Shown here: in pieces, positions 1 to 9,396 of the stretch
Layout: the number at the start of each line of letters is the position of its first letter
How positions within the stretch are numbered: position 1 is the first letter of the stretch
NCBI GenBank assembly: GCA_944359705.1
Contig: CALVSZ010000002.1
Location: forward strand, 1-40,918
DNA from: an uncultured Bacilli bacterium
Lineage (GTDB): Bacteria > Bacillota_I > Bacilli_A > RF39 > UBA660
Direction: 5' to 3'
DNA: 40,918 nt
Position numbers and translations under genes: made by a program
The notes under the pieces: model-generated
Told to the model about the DNA's origin: nothing
The model's input: only the letters and a program-made list of their open reading frames with translations
The model's database searches: none

Positions 1-80
1 CATTTTTATCACCATTAGTATTATGACAAATTTCCTTATTTTTTATTCAATGACATTTATAAATATTAATTACATATTTA

Positions 81-250
81 AATCCTTTATGGTTTGCGAT
101 TGCTCTAATTACTGCTTTTGCTAAACTTTGATATTTTTTTAAAACTCTACATTAGCATTACTATCATCTATAACCCCATATTCTACTATTATTGGTTCTG
201 TTTTACCAGTATTTCTGTGAATAAATTACTTCAGCGTCGGGTACTACCTC
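81..250 (-). pseudogene. Decayed internal fragment of an Amidase_3-type cell-wall amidase gene
   Basis: nt 81-250 align by eye with nt ~2781-3089 of the intact amidase gene (shared strings include aatcctttat, tgctctaattactgctt, ctacattagcattactatcatctataa, attattggttctgtttt). There are scattered mismatches and a ~120-nt internal deletion, and no intact reading frame. Confidence 0.6.
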
Positions 251-268
251 ACGATGGTCAAAATGGAG

Positions 269-508
269 TTATTTTATATCTAAAATCCCTTGATAATCTA
301 ATTTAATTAGCTCATCATTTATCTTTAAATCCAGTCCAATTTGATTATCTAATATATTTCCAAATTTTACTATAACATTACTATCAATAAAGTCAATAAA
401 ATTTTTAGTATCAAACATTTCTATGTGTGTTATTTTTGGTTCAGTAGGTAACTCATTATATTCTTTATTTTCTATGTTTTTAAAATCATTAACATTAAAA
501 AAATCCAC
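269..508 (-). CDS. Hypothetical protein, possibly the 3' remnant of a larger disrupted gene
   Basis: 79-aa ORF that starts at GTG with no obvious RBS. The same frame stays open and protein-like for ~25 more codons upstream with no start codon. No recognisable motif. Confidence 0.3.
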   Translation of the reverse strand: MDFFNVNDFKNIENKEYNELPTEPKITHIEMFDTKNFIDFIDSNVIVKFGNILDNQIGLDLKINDELIKLDYQGILDIK

Positions 509-688
509 ATAAAAGCTAATATATCTTTTGACTTCATTTAATTCAATATCAATTGTTACTAAAATGAAATACCCTTTTTCTTATTGTATTTTGCATTGGC
601 AAATTTAATTTGAGAAGCATCATATTTATTATTTTTTTAACATATTATATCTACCAACTTAAAATAAATTAATTGTTTTAATTTTAAA

Positions 689-1510
689 CTAATTAGTGAT
701 TTTCTTAAATTCATCTTTTTCTATTTCTTTTATAGACTTTTCCGGAGTAGGTAAATCTTCCGGCATTGTTCCACCAAGTTTTTTTATAGTATCCCTAACT
801 GCTTTGCCAACTTTAAAATGAGTATTGGTAGCTACTTGTTCATTAGGTTCTTCTTGTTTTTCTAATAAAGCCTCTGTTTGTGTTATTCTAAATATATTAG
901 CACCTAACTCAACACTTCCCATTTTATCAAGTATATCTTCTCTATATCTTAATCCTTTTCTTTTAGCTATATCATTTGCTGTTTCACCATTATATAAGCC
1001 TTTATATCCTGCATTGGTAAATTTATCGAAATTCTTTACACCTTTTTCTTTTGCTATTTTATATAATATTTTATTACCATCTTTAGTTTGTTTCCTTCTA
1101 TACAATCTTTTTTCATTTTCACTTAATCTACTATATTCTTCTTCTGTTAGTTCCATTTTTCTAGTTTGAACAGCAAAATAAGTTTGACCTAAAGCTACTG
1201 CTTCAAATTTTGGATTAGCATTTTGAACTATCAAATAGCAAGCATAACGACTCAATTTGTAATCAATGATTGTTTTTGTAGAAACACCAGTTTTTACTAT
1301 TTTGGTGTTAACACCAAAATTGGAATTAATGTTATTATTACTTTGTGAACAAGATACTTGAGCTTTTTCAATCACCGCTGAAAAATATCGCCACTCTTTA
1401 TAACCTAATATTTGTTGTAATTCCCTTGCTTCCCAATATTCATTACCATTATCATCTATATGCTTTATATCTTCAAAAGTTTTTTCTTTATATTGTTCTA
1501 TACTATTCAT
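689..1510 (-). CDS. dinD: DNA-damage-inducible protein D (DinD family)
   Basis: Collinear similarity over the full length to E. coli DinD as I recall it: LSRYACYLIVQNANP, GQTYFAVQTR, EKRLYRR, HMGS-type MGSVELGANIFRITQTE, ATNTHFKVGKAVRDTIKKLGGTMPEDLPTP. Confidence 0.8.
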   Translation of the reverse strand: MNSIEQYKEKTFEDIKHIDDNGNEYWEARELQQILGYKEWRYFSAVIEKAQVSCSQSNNNINSNFGVNTKIVKTGVSTKTIIDYKLSRYACYLIVQNANPKFEAVALGQTYFAVQTRKMELTEEEYSRLSENEKRLYRRKQTKDGNKILYKIAKEKGVKNFDKFTNAGYKGLYNGETANDIAKRKGLRYREDILDKMGSVELGANIFRITQTEALLEKQEEPNEQVATNTHFKVGKAVRDTIKKLGGTMPEDLPTPEKSIKEIEKDEFKKITN

Positions 1511-1715
1511 CTTTTTTTACCTCCTTTATTACTATATTTTCAAATTTTGAAAGTTCTATTATATCATCTTTATTACCAATTCTTTTAATGTACTCATGAC
1601 CACCATCTACTGCTACACTACCACAAGCACACCTTTTAAAATCATTTACTTCTTTAGATTCAATCATATCACCACATTTTTTACATTTAACTTCATTTAT
1701 AATTATTTTCTTCAT
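1503..1715 (-). CDS. Small four-Cys zinc-ribbon protein
   Basis: 70 aa with CKKCG...CACG. The start is preceded by ggtgatt, and the gene overlaps the dinD start by 8 nt, which suggests translational coupling. Confidence 0.6.
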   Translation of the reverse strand: MKKIIINEVKCKKCGDMIESKEVNDFKRCACGSVAVDGGHEYIKRIGNKDDIIELSKFENIVIKEVKKDE

Positions 1716-1988
1716 AGTTAATCACCATTAATACTATATCATACATTAGTTCGTTTAACAATAATTTATCTTCATTTAATTAAAACTCTATGGCAAATTG
1801 TCCTGAAGTAAATATAAATATTATTTTTTACTTATGCACATGCATAAGTTAGTATTTACTATAAAATTCCCACTAAACTGGCTTAAAAACCAACCTAAAC
1901 AAATAATTAATTAATTTTTTTATTTAAAATAATTTTAATTATAAATTATTGTATGTTTTCTATAAAGAAAAAAGCGATAATTACTCGC

Positions 1989-3368
1989 CTATTCTATTAT
2001 TAAAATTTGACCAATACTTAATAAATTACCTGTTAAATTATTTAATCTTTTTAATTCGTCTACGGTTGTATTAAATTTTCTAGCTATTCCATATAAATTA
2101 TCTCCACTTTTTACAACATAAGTAGTCTCTGTTATAGATGTAGTAGGTATTTTTAATATTTGACCGATACTTAATAAATTACTTGTTAAATTATTTTCTT
2201 TCTTAATAGCATCTACAGTAACATCATAATTTTTAGCAATTGAATATAAACTATCTCCACTTTTTACCGTATATGTAATAGTATTACTGTTTTGCTCATT
2301 ATTACTATTTGGTATTTTTAACACTTGACCTATACTTAAAGTATCACTTGTTAAGTTATTAGTATTTTTTAATTCGGATACAGTTGTTCCTAACTTATTT
2401 GCTATTCCATATAGTGTGTCTCCTTTTTGCACCGTATAAGTATCTGCTATTACTGTAGCACTTGGTAATAATAGTGTTTGACCTATTGTTAATACATCAC
2501 TTGTTAGTTTATTAATCGTTTTTAATTCAGATACGGTTGTATTATTTTCTCTTGCTATTGAATACAAACTATCTCCTTTTTTTACTACATATATATTCTT
2601 TTCACCATCTTGCACATATTTTTCTGGTATTTTTAATATTTGACCTATACTTAAATTATTACTTGTTAAATTATTTAGTTTTTTTAATTCATCAACAGTA
2701 GTACCTAATTTATTTGCTATTCCATATAATGTATCTCCTTTTTGGACTGTATATGAATTACTAACAAACCCTTCTGGAGGTATATAATTAAATCCTTTAT
2801 AATCTGCAACTGCTCTAATTACTGCTTCTGCTAATCTTTGATAATTTTCTTTTAAAAATTCTACATTAGCATTACTATCATCTATAAAACCATATTCTAC
2901 TATTATTGGTTCTGTTTTTCCAGTATTTCTATGAATAAAATAATAATCTTTACTAGTATCAGATGGTAATCTTCTTTGATAATATTTTCTAGTTGTTTGA
3001 CCTTCTGCTCCAATAGACTCTAATACTTTTTTAGCAAGAGTATCAGTATTTCTAAGTGCATAAATTACTTCAGCACCGGTACCACCTCCCGCATTCAAGT
3101 GATTAGATATTACTATTACATCAGAATTATTTCCATAAGCATTTAATATCTTATTTACCCTATTAGTAGGATCCAAACTAACATCACTATCTCTTGTTAA
3201 AGTTACTGGAATACCTAACTCTTTAAATCTATCATACATGTACTTAGATATTAATAAAGTATAATCCTTCTCTAACATATCATTACCTACTGCTCCCGAA
3301 TCACTTCCACCATGTCCCGGATCTATAACAACTCCCGTTAACTTCCTGTCATAATTCAAGTTAATCAC
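1989..3368 (-). CDS. N-acetylmuramoyl-L-alanine amidase (Amidase_3 domain) with five C-terminal LysM repeats
   Basis: N-terminal VVIDPGHGGSDSGAVG and NHLNAGGGTGAEV motifs typical of Amidase_3. Five repeats follow of the form YTVxKGDxLYxIAxK..TTVxELKxxNNLTSxxLSIGQxLKIP (LysM). Confidence 0.9.
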   Translation of the reverse strand: MINLNYDRKLTGVVIDPGHGGSDSGAVGNDMLEKDYTLLISKYMYDRFKELGIPVTLTRDSDVSLDPTNRVNKILNAYGNNSDVIVISNHLNAGGGTGAEVIYALRNTDTLAKKVLESIGAEGQTTRKYYQRRLPSDTSKDYYFIHRNTGKTEPIIVEYGFIDDSNANVEFLKENYQRLAEAVIRAVADYKGFNYIPPEGFVSNSYTVQKGDTLYGIANKLGTTVDELKKLNNLTSNNLSIGQILKIPEKYVQDGEKNIYVVKKGDSLYSIARENNTTVSELKTINKLTSDVLTIGQTLLLPSATVIADTYTVQKGDTLYGIANKLGTTVSELKNTNNLTSDTLSIGQVLKIPNSNNEQNSNTITYTVKSGDSLYSIAKNYDVTVDAIKKENNLTSNLLSIGQILKIPTTSITETTYVVKSGDNLYGIARKFNTTVDELKRLNNLTGNLLSIGQILIIE

Positions 3369-3441
3369 CTCTATAATAATTTATGTATAAAAAAAGAAAA
3401 TGTATACTCGTTTAAGTATATTATTTCTTTACTTTTTTTAA
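3082..3441. repeat. 360-bp direct repeat, copy A (amidase codons 1-97 plus 73 nt upstream)
   Basis: Collinear with 12685-13044, with about nine mismatches by eye and no indel. Identity stops at ccacctcc on one side and at ctttactttttttaa on the other. Confidence 0.85.
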
Positions 3442-3577
3442 CATCTTTACCCTTTTTATCTAAAATTAATATTTCATTCTCATTTAACATAAAAATCACC
3501 ACTTAAATTGATTTAATAATTATTGTTAAACATGTGTTACCAAATGACTTTCACGACCACATAAATCTATATCATTT

Positions 3578-5239
3578 TTATTCAAAATATTGACCTAAAT
3601 TCTTTATAACATTTTCAAATTCATCCACCATTGCAGGCCTATTTCTAAAATATTTTTCATTTATTTCACTTAATATTGACATTACAACATCACTAGAATT
3701 ATCCATATTAATTATATGATTAATCTGAATAGCAACATCTCTATATGATTTTCTATTACTTGATTTAGACGCTGAATTAAGACACGAATTTTTATAAATA
3801 TTTAATAATTCATTATTATATTTTGGTAATAAATATTTTTCATATTCTTTTATATAACCCATATCATAATTACATATATTCAAAAACAATTCATCATACA
3901 TTTTCTCTTCTATATAAATTTGATTTAAAATTCTATCAACATATTTATCTTTCTTAATTTTTTCTATAATTTTAATTTTTTCTTCATTCCAATCAGTATT
4001 AGAATACAATTCCTTAATTTTAAGATAAATATCAAAATCATAACTAGAATACTCATAAAATATATCATATAAAATATTTTTATATTCTTCATTCATTTTA
4101 TTATCATAATATATTTGAGCTAATTTAAAAGCATATTTTTTACTTTTATAATCATCTTCACATAAATTACTTTTCAATATTTTTATAGCATCATCTAATT
4201 TATTTTCTTTAATTAATTCATCAACATACATCATACATATATTTTCATCATAAGAATATTTCTCTAACAATTTAATTATATTTTCTTCCTTATCATTTAA
4301 TATATATATTTGAATTAAATAATTTACATAATCTTTTCTGCAATAAAAATATTTTTTATCTTTAGAATTATCAAGTGCAGTTTCCAAAGAATTCTTTATT
4401 TCATCTAAATATAAATGTTCATTAATAAAATATTCCAATATACTCTTTAAATCTATACCATAATTATATAAATATAAATTTTTAACATCACTTATAACAT
4501 AGTCTAATATATCTTTAATTAACTTATCATCATTACCTATTATATCCAAAATATCAAATATTATCTCTATACAAGAATCAGCAACCATTCCCGTTGAACC
4601 ATTCGAATCATCTATCTCAGTTCTAGGAATTGAATCTAATAAAATAGTTACTATTGTAAATGCTGTATTATAATCCTCATTATCGACTAATTTTTTAGCT
4701 TCACTAATAAATTCTAACATAACATGCTCATATTTATATGAACTACTATAATCAATAAAGCCATATTTTCTATCCCCACAAGCACGAATAGCATTATATA
4801 TTTTATTTTCATAACTTTTCTTAGATAACTTAGGAAAAAAATCACTAAATTCAACTCTAAACTTATTTAATAAATCATCATCATTAACCAAACTATTATA
4901 AAGAAATTTTCTTATCTTTTTATCATTTATTTTATTAACTATATCTTCTAAATCATAACTTTTATTACTATCAAATACTTTTTCATCATTCAAACAATAT
5001 AAAACAGCAGCAATATGTTTACAATATTCTCCATTAGCATTATAAGGACAACTACATTCACCATTAATAAATATACCACTATCCATTTCAACTTTCACAT
5101 TATAATCTTCATTTCCATGTACTATCGCTGTTACATTACCCTTATTATTTTTAACTTTACCAACCTTACCTGAAGTATAATAATCATACCCTCTACTTAA
5201 AATATAATCAAAAAATTCATCTTCGAAATCTATTTTCAT
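3578..5239 (-). CDS. SWIM zinc-finger protein with a long helical-repeat C-terminal region
   Basis: CSCPYNANGEYCKHIAAVL fits the CxCxnCxH SWIM signature. The remainder is Y/K/L/E-rich and predicted helical (TPR-like). It is the last gene of the nine-gene array. Confidence 0.8.
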   Translation of the reverse strand: MKIDFEDEFFDYILSRGYDYYTSGKVGKVKNNKGNVTAIVHGNEDYNVKVEMDSGIFINGECSCPYNANGEYCKHIAAVLYCLNDEKVFDSNKSYDLEDIVNKINDKKIRKFLYNSLVNDDDLLNKFRVEFSDFFPKLSKKSYENKIYNAIRACGDRKYGFIDYSSSYKYEHVMLEFISEAKKLVDNEDYNTAFTIVTILLDSIPRTEIDDSNGSTGMVADSCIEIIFDILDIIGNDDKLIKDILDYVISDVKNLYLYNYGIDLKSILEYFINEHLYLDEIKNSLETALDNSKDKKYFYCRKDYVNYLIQIYILNDKEENIIKLLEKYSYDENICMMYVDELIKENKLDDAIKILKSNLCEDDYKSKKYAFKLAQIYYDNKMNEEYKNILYDIFYEYSSYDFDIYLKIKELYSNTDWNEEKIKIIEKIKKDKYVDRILNQIYIEEKMYDELFLNICNYDMGYIKEYEKYLLPKYNNELLNIYKNSCLNSASKSSNRKSYRDVAIQINHIINMDNSSDVVMSILSEINEKYFRNRPAMVDEFENVIKNLGQYFE

Positions 5240-5248
5240 ACACTACAC

Positions 5249-6274
5249 CTATCCTATTTTTTGAACATCTTCATTACACTTTTCTAAACTAAATTCATTT
5301 ATATCATAATCTCCCCAATCAGTATTTTCACCACTAAAAATATCTCCTAAAGTCCAAACTCCGCCACAATCATCTATTATTCCATATCCTTTCCCTGATA
5401 AAACTTCAAATTCATTCTCACTAGTACCGTGGGTTATTTTACTAAGAGTCAAATTAAATTGCCAATTATCTCCCCAGTCATAAATAACTTTCAATTTATT
5501 TTTTTCTTTTAAATTCAAATAAAATAATTCAAGGTCACTATAATATTCTCCTAAATATTCTTTTCCTATTTTAACATCAAATGGATGTGATAAATCACCA
5601 TTCATAGATAAAACTACTTTTTCGCAAAACCTGTTTATTGTTATATTACTATTTACTGAAATTTTTCTTTTAATTTCTTTATTAAATCCCTCTAACGAAA
5701 CATTAAATATATATTTTTTAGGTAATAGCATATCTTCTTTACTCTTTTTATAATCATCAATTCTATCATTTACTTCATTAACATCAAATCTTTTTTGTAA
5801 ATATTCTTTTTCACTCTTTAAATAATAAGAGTCATAGTCTTTTCTTTTTTCAGCAAATAATGCTACTAAATAATCACACATTTTATCATCTATTATTCCA
5901 TATCCTTTTCCCGATAAAACTTTAAAATCCACATTTTTATTACCATTATCTTCTTCTATAAAATTATCTACACTTAAATCAAAATAATAAAAATTATCAA
6001 AATTATATCTAATACAAAAAGATTTACCTTTCTTTAAGTTTAAACTTTTTAAAGTTAATTCTAATAAAGTTTTATCATATCTACTTTCTTCTATATCATA
6101 CGGCCAATATATATTTTTACCATATTCAAGTTCATAAATAGGAATTTTTTTACCATCCATAGAAACTATTACATACTCACATAAATCTGTTAACAAGATA
6201 TCTTCATCAACCAATATTTGTCTATTTATTTTATCTTCCAATTCACATAAAGTTACATTAAATAATACTTTCAT
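5249..6274 (-). CDS. Protein with two tandem MM3350/pRiA4b-ORF3-like modules
   Basis: Two internal repeats. Each starts with a (V/Y)(L/I)FNV(T/S)L...(I/E)(N/K)R(Q/K)I(L/S)V strand and ends in FxVLSGKGYGIIDD. The second also has YDWGDNWQFNLTL and IIDDCGGVW, which resemble the canonical YDFGDxW and CPPEDCGG motifs of this fold. Confidence 0.7.
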   Translation of the reverse strand: MKVLFNVTLCELEDKINRQILVDEDILLTDLCEYVIVSMDGKKIPIYELEYGKNIYWPYDIEESRYDKTLLELTLKSLNLKKGKSFCIRYNFDNFYYFDLSVDNFIEEDNGNKNVDFKVLSGKGYGIIDDKMCDYLVALFAEKRKDYDSYYLKSEKEYLQKRFDVNEVNDRIDDYKKSKEDMLLPKKYIFNVSLEGFNKEIKRKISVNSNITINRFCEKVVLSMNGDLSHPFDVKIGKEYLGEYYSDLELFYLNLKEKNKLKVIYDWGDNWQFNLTLSKITHGTSENEFEVLSGKGYGIIDDCGGVWTLGDIFSGENTDWGDYDINEFSLEKCNEDVQKIG

Positions 6275-6286
6275 AAAACACCAATC

Positions 6287-7300
6287 CTAATTTTTATCTA
6301 TATTATTTTTTATTTTCCAATCTTTTATTATTTGTTCATAATAATAATTTGAATATTCCAAATAATCTTTAAACAGTCCATATCTTCTTAAATTATCGTA
6401 AAATTTATCCATATAATCATAATTTCTAAGTGCATAAAACAATGCTTGTCTAATTTCTTTATCATAAATATTCCTTTTTACATATAAAGTCATTATATCT
6501 TTATGATTTAAATCATCATAATAAGGAAGCATATAAATATTTAAATCTTTATAATCCGGTATATTTAATTCCTTTATTTCTTCATCTGACAATTCACCAT
6601 AATTATCTGGAATATATTTTTTTATATAATCAAAAGGTTTAACTATACTATTAATATCAGTTTTATAATATATAACCATTCTATCTTTTATAATTCTTAT
6701 AATATCAATTAAATTAATTTCTTCATATTCATCTTTTACAGAATTAACATTAATTTTAGACATAAAATTATTATCATTCAAATCAAAATCACGATAATCA
6801 AAAAATTCTTCTTCCTCTTCATCATCAATAATAATAGTTGTTGAATAATTTGAATGTCCTAAAACATCAGTTTCATCTACTATTTGCTTTAATTCATAAC
6901 CACTAACATAATCAATTGCCCCTTTTCCAGCTCCATCAATTATCTTAGGATAATCATCATCCAAAGAAATATTTATACTATCAATAAAATTAATAACAAA
7001 TTCTATTTTACTTTGATAATTATATTCCAAAATCAACTCTTTATTAACATCAAAATCAATATCTTTTAACATAATCCCCATAGCAGACTTATATTGATTA
7101 TTATCAAATATTACATTTGCACTATCATATTTATCACTATCATAAGAAATAGTAAAAAATTTATTGGAATATAACTCAAATGATGTCAAAATAAAATATA
7201 CTAAATCAGCCAATGTATCACTGCTTTTTATTCCTACTCTACGATAAATTTTACTCTCTAACCCTTTTATTCCAACATTAAATATTAATTCTTTATCCAT
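6287..7300 (-). CDS. MM3350/pRiA4b-ORF3-like N-terminal module fused to an unknown C-terminal domain
   Basis: LIFNVGIKGLESKIYRRVGIKSSDTLADLVYFILTSF and IIDGAGKGAIDYVSGY parallel the modules in the neighbouring gene. There is an acidic DDEEEEEFFD linker, and the C-terminal half is unassigned. Confidence 0.6.
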   Translation of the reverse strand: MDKELIFNVGIKGLESKIYRRVGIKSSDTLADLVYFILTSFELYSNKFFTISYDSDKYDSANVIFDNNQYKSAMGIMLKDIDFDVNKELILEYNYQSKIEFVINFIDSINISLDDDYPKIIDGAGKGAIDYVSGYELKQIVDETDVLGHSNYSTTIIIDDEEEEEFFDYRDFDLNDNNFMSKINVNSVKDEYEEINLIDIIRIIKDRMVIYYKTDINSIVKPFDYIKKYIPDNYGELSDEEIKELNIPDYKDLNIYMLPYYDDLNHKDIMTLYVKRNIYDKEIRQALFYALRNYDYMDKFYDNLRRYGLFKDYLEYSNYYYEQIIKDWKIKNNIDKN

Positions 7301-7318
7301 ACCATAACTCCACTTATA

Positions 7319-8881
7319 TTATAAATGATAAAACTTAATAGATCTTGAAAGTTCACTATTAACTATTTTTTCAAAATCATTCCCCATCTTTATTCCAAAA
7401 TTCATAATTACTCCATCATAAATAAGTACATCTTTAAAAGGAAGTATTGTCATTATTACAGTTTCAGGTAAATTTTTATATGAAATAACATTATCTAAAT
7501 TATCATTTATTCCTTTTATCATATATGTTCTTTCTTTGTTCATAACAGCAGTATATTCTTCATAAAATTTTGCTACAATAAACATATCTCTAATACCTTT
7601 TTTAAACTCACAAGTTAATTTCAACTCTTCACTATTAAATTTATAAGGATTTGCTAAACAAAATTCCAAAACAATCACATCTTTATTCTCCCAAAATACA
7701 TCAATAATATCCGTAATATCATATGGATTTATACCTTTTTTATTATATATTTTATAATTAGATCTTATTTTATATTTATTGTTCGTAAACTCAAGTAATC
7801 CAAAATATATTTTATAAAATAACTTAGCATCTTCTCTAGACAAACAAGCATTTTTTTGCTTTATATATTTTTTCTCTTTCTCATATCTATTTTTATTTTC
7901 TTCAATTTTAATCTTTTTAGCCTCATTTGGAGTAAATCCATTTAATACTCCACTAGGCATCTCATCCATAGCTTCATCTAATATTTTGAAAAAATTTGTT
8001 AAATCACAATTTTTAAGTGCTGGCACATTTGAAATTGCATTCTTTAATGGTTTTCTATCAATATTCAACACTGCAAATTCTCTAATTATATCGAGTGCTG
8101 AAGTCCAAAAAAACGGTAATTTTTTTATTTCGTCCAAAAATCTTTTTATTTTTTTATTATTAATATCAAAATCATTATAAAATAAAGTTTTATATATTTT
8201 AGAATCTATCGGCAAATCACCTGCTAATCCTTGTTTCATTCTCTCTTCATCTATCTGTTCTTCAATACCATAATAATCTTGATACAACGCTACATATATA
8301 TTATCTCCCAACCCTTCTATATTTTTAGGATAAATCATTACATAATAATTAAAAACCTTATTATGTAATACATGAGTATATATATCATTTTCACTAATAC
8401 CACTCATCATAGAACCAAACAAACATACAGTATTTAATAAAGAAGAAGCTTGTATTTTACAATAACTAACTAAAATTTCATTTAAATCATTTAATTTTTT
8501 AACAGTTGTCCAATTAACATTTTTAATAGCCAATCTTACCTTATCTATTATTTCATCAGGAATAAATACTCTATCCGGATAATCAGTTTCTACTAAAAAC
8601 TTGCCATGTAACGTTTTTCTTTCCCAATCATATTTATCATCTAATAATTCCTTCATAGATGAATTTCCATCAAGTATCATCTCTATATACTTTAATTCTC
8701 TTACAGTACAAATATCAATAATATTATTATAATCCTCATATACTTTATATATTGCATCCAACATTTTAACAGCTGTTATTTTTTCATAATCTTTAAATGG
8801 TTCTACAATCCTTGCATATTGATTATGAACAAATTCTTTTTTATACCATTTTATTCTTTCATACATTTTACTTGTTCTCAT
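7319..8881 (-). CDS. Hypothetical protein (520 aa), function unknown
   Basis: Long uninterrupted ORF in the operon-like array. No catalytic motif that I recognise, and no TM segment or signal peptide. Confidence 0.75.
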   Translation of the reverse strand: MRTSKMYERIKWYKKEFVHNQYARIVEPFKDYEKITAVKMLDAIYKVYEDYNNIIDICTVRELKYIEMILDGNSSMKELLDDKYDWERKTLHGKFLVETDYPDRVFIPDEIIDKVRLAIKNVNWTTVKKLNDLNEILVSYCKIQASSLLNTVCLFGSMMSGISENDIYTHVLHNKVFNYYVMIYPKNIEGLGDNIYVALYQDYYGIEEQIDEERMKQGLAGDLPIDSKIYKTLFYNDFDINNKKIKRFLDEIKKLPFFWTSALDIIREFAVLNIDRKPLKNAISNVPALKNCDLTNFFKILDEAMDEMPSGVLNGFTPNEAKKIKIEENKNRYEKEKKYIKQKNACLSREDAKLFYKIYFGLLEFTNNKYKIRSNYKIYNKKGINPYDITDIIDVFWENKDVIVLEFCLANPYKFNSEELKLTCEFKKGIRDMFIVAKFYEEYTAVMNKERTYMIKGINDNLDNVISYKNLPETVIMTILPFKDVLIYDGVIMNFGIKMGNDFEKIVNSELSRSIKFYHL

Positions 8882-8952
8882 TTATTACCACTCCTAACAT
8901 ACATCTAAATAGTCATTAATTTCCATATTCTATCACAATTTGCTATTTACCA

Positions 8953-9387
8953 TTAAAATATATCATAATATGTTCCATTATCAAAATCATCTAATGTTTC
9001 AAAAAAATCATCCATACTATCTTTAATAAAAATACACATAAATTTGTAATCATCTACATTAACATAATTATTTTCACTCATATATTGATAAAACTTCTTT
9101 AAACTAGCAACCATTTCCTTTATTGAATTTTTTGAAGCCAATAAACATTTTCGAATAAACCATCCATCTATAAAAGAATAAATATCATCTATACCATCTT
9201 CAGCCTTAATGACCTCATAATAATTTAAATAATCATTAATATATAAATCAACATTACTTAAATGTTTTCTTATTGTTTTCGCTACTAAACCTTTTTCAAT
9301 TAACCACTTTTCAAACCCTTTAATAAATTTTTCATTTCTTTTACAATTTTCTTCAACTTTCTTTTCAAAGTCAGTATAATCACTCAC
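8953..9387 (-). CDS. Hypothetical protein with an integrase core-binding (SAM-like) type helical segment and no catalytic domain
   Basis: FEKWLIEKGLVAKTIRKHLSNVDLYINDYLNYY resembles the N-terminal core-binding domain of tyrosine recombinases. The protein is only 144 aa and lacks the R..HxxR..Y catalytic region. Confidence 0.55.
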   Translation of the reverse strand: MSDYTDFEKKVEENCKRNEKFIKGFEKWLIEKGLVAKTIRKHLSNVDLYINDYLNYYEVIKAEDGIDDIYSFIDGWFIRKCLLASKNSIKEMVASLKKFYQYMSENNYVNVDDYKFMCIFIKDSMDDFFETLDDFDNGTYYDIF

Positions 9388-9396
9388 ATTTTACTC

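Noticed and set aside
118-306. Plus-strand 62-aa ORF 118-306
   Set aside because: It lies over the decayed amidase fragment read in antisense. It has no RBS and a low-complexity I/Y/F composition.
825-1599. Plus-strand ORFs 825-1169 and 1345-1599, antisense to dinD and the zinc-ribbon gene
   Set aside because: They lie entirely inside well-supported minus-strand genes. Their S/L/F/I-rich composition is typical of antisense frames in AT-rich DNA, and they have no RBS or motifs.
1831-1848. Inverted repeat cttatgca-ca-tgcataag in the 273-bp spacer between the amidase and zinc-ribbon genes
   Set aside because: It is a perfect 8-bp palindrome, but it is isolated. It is not positioned next to a recognisable promoter or stop codon, so I cannot assign a function. 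It could be an operator or chance.
3442-3577. Mini-ORF (about 23 codons, MLNENEILILDKKGKDV...) between the left repeat copy and the SWIM gene
   Set aside because: It is too short and has no RBS. Part of it is the duplicated tail of the Fic-like gene read in another frame.
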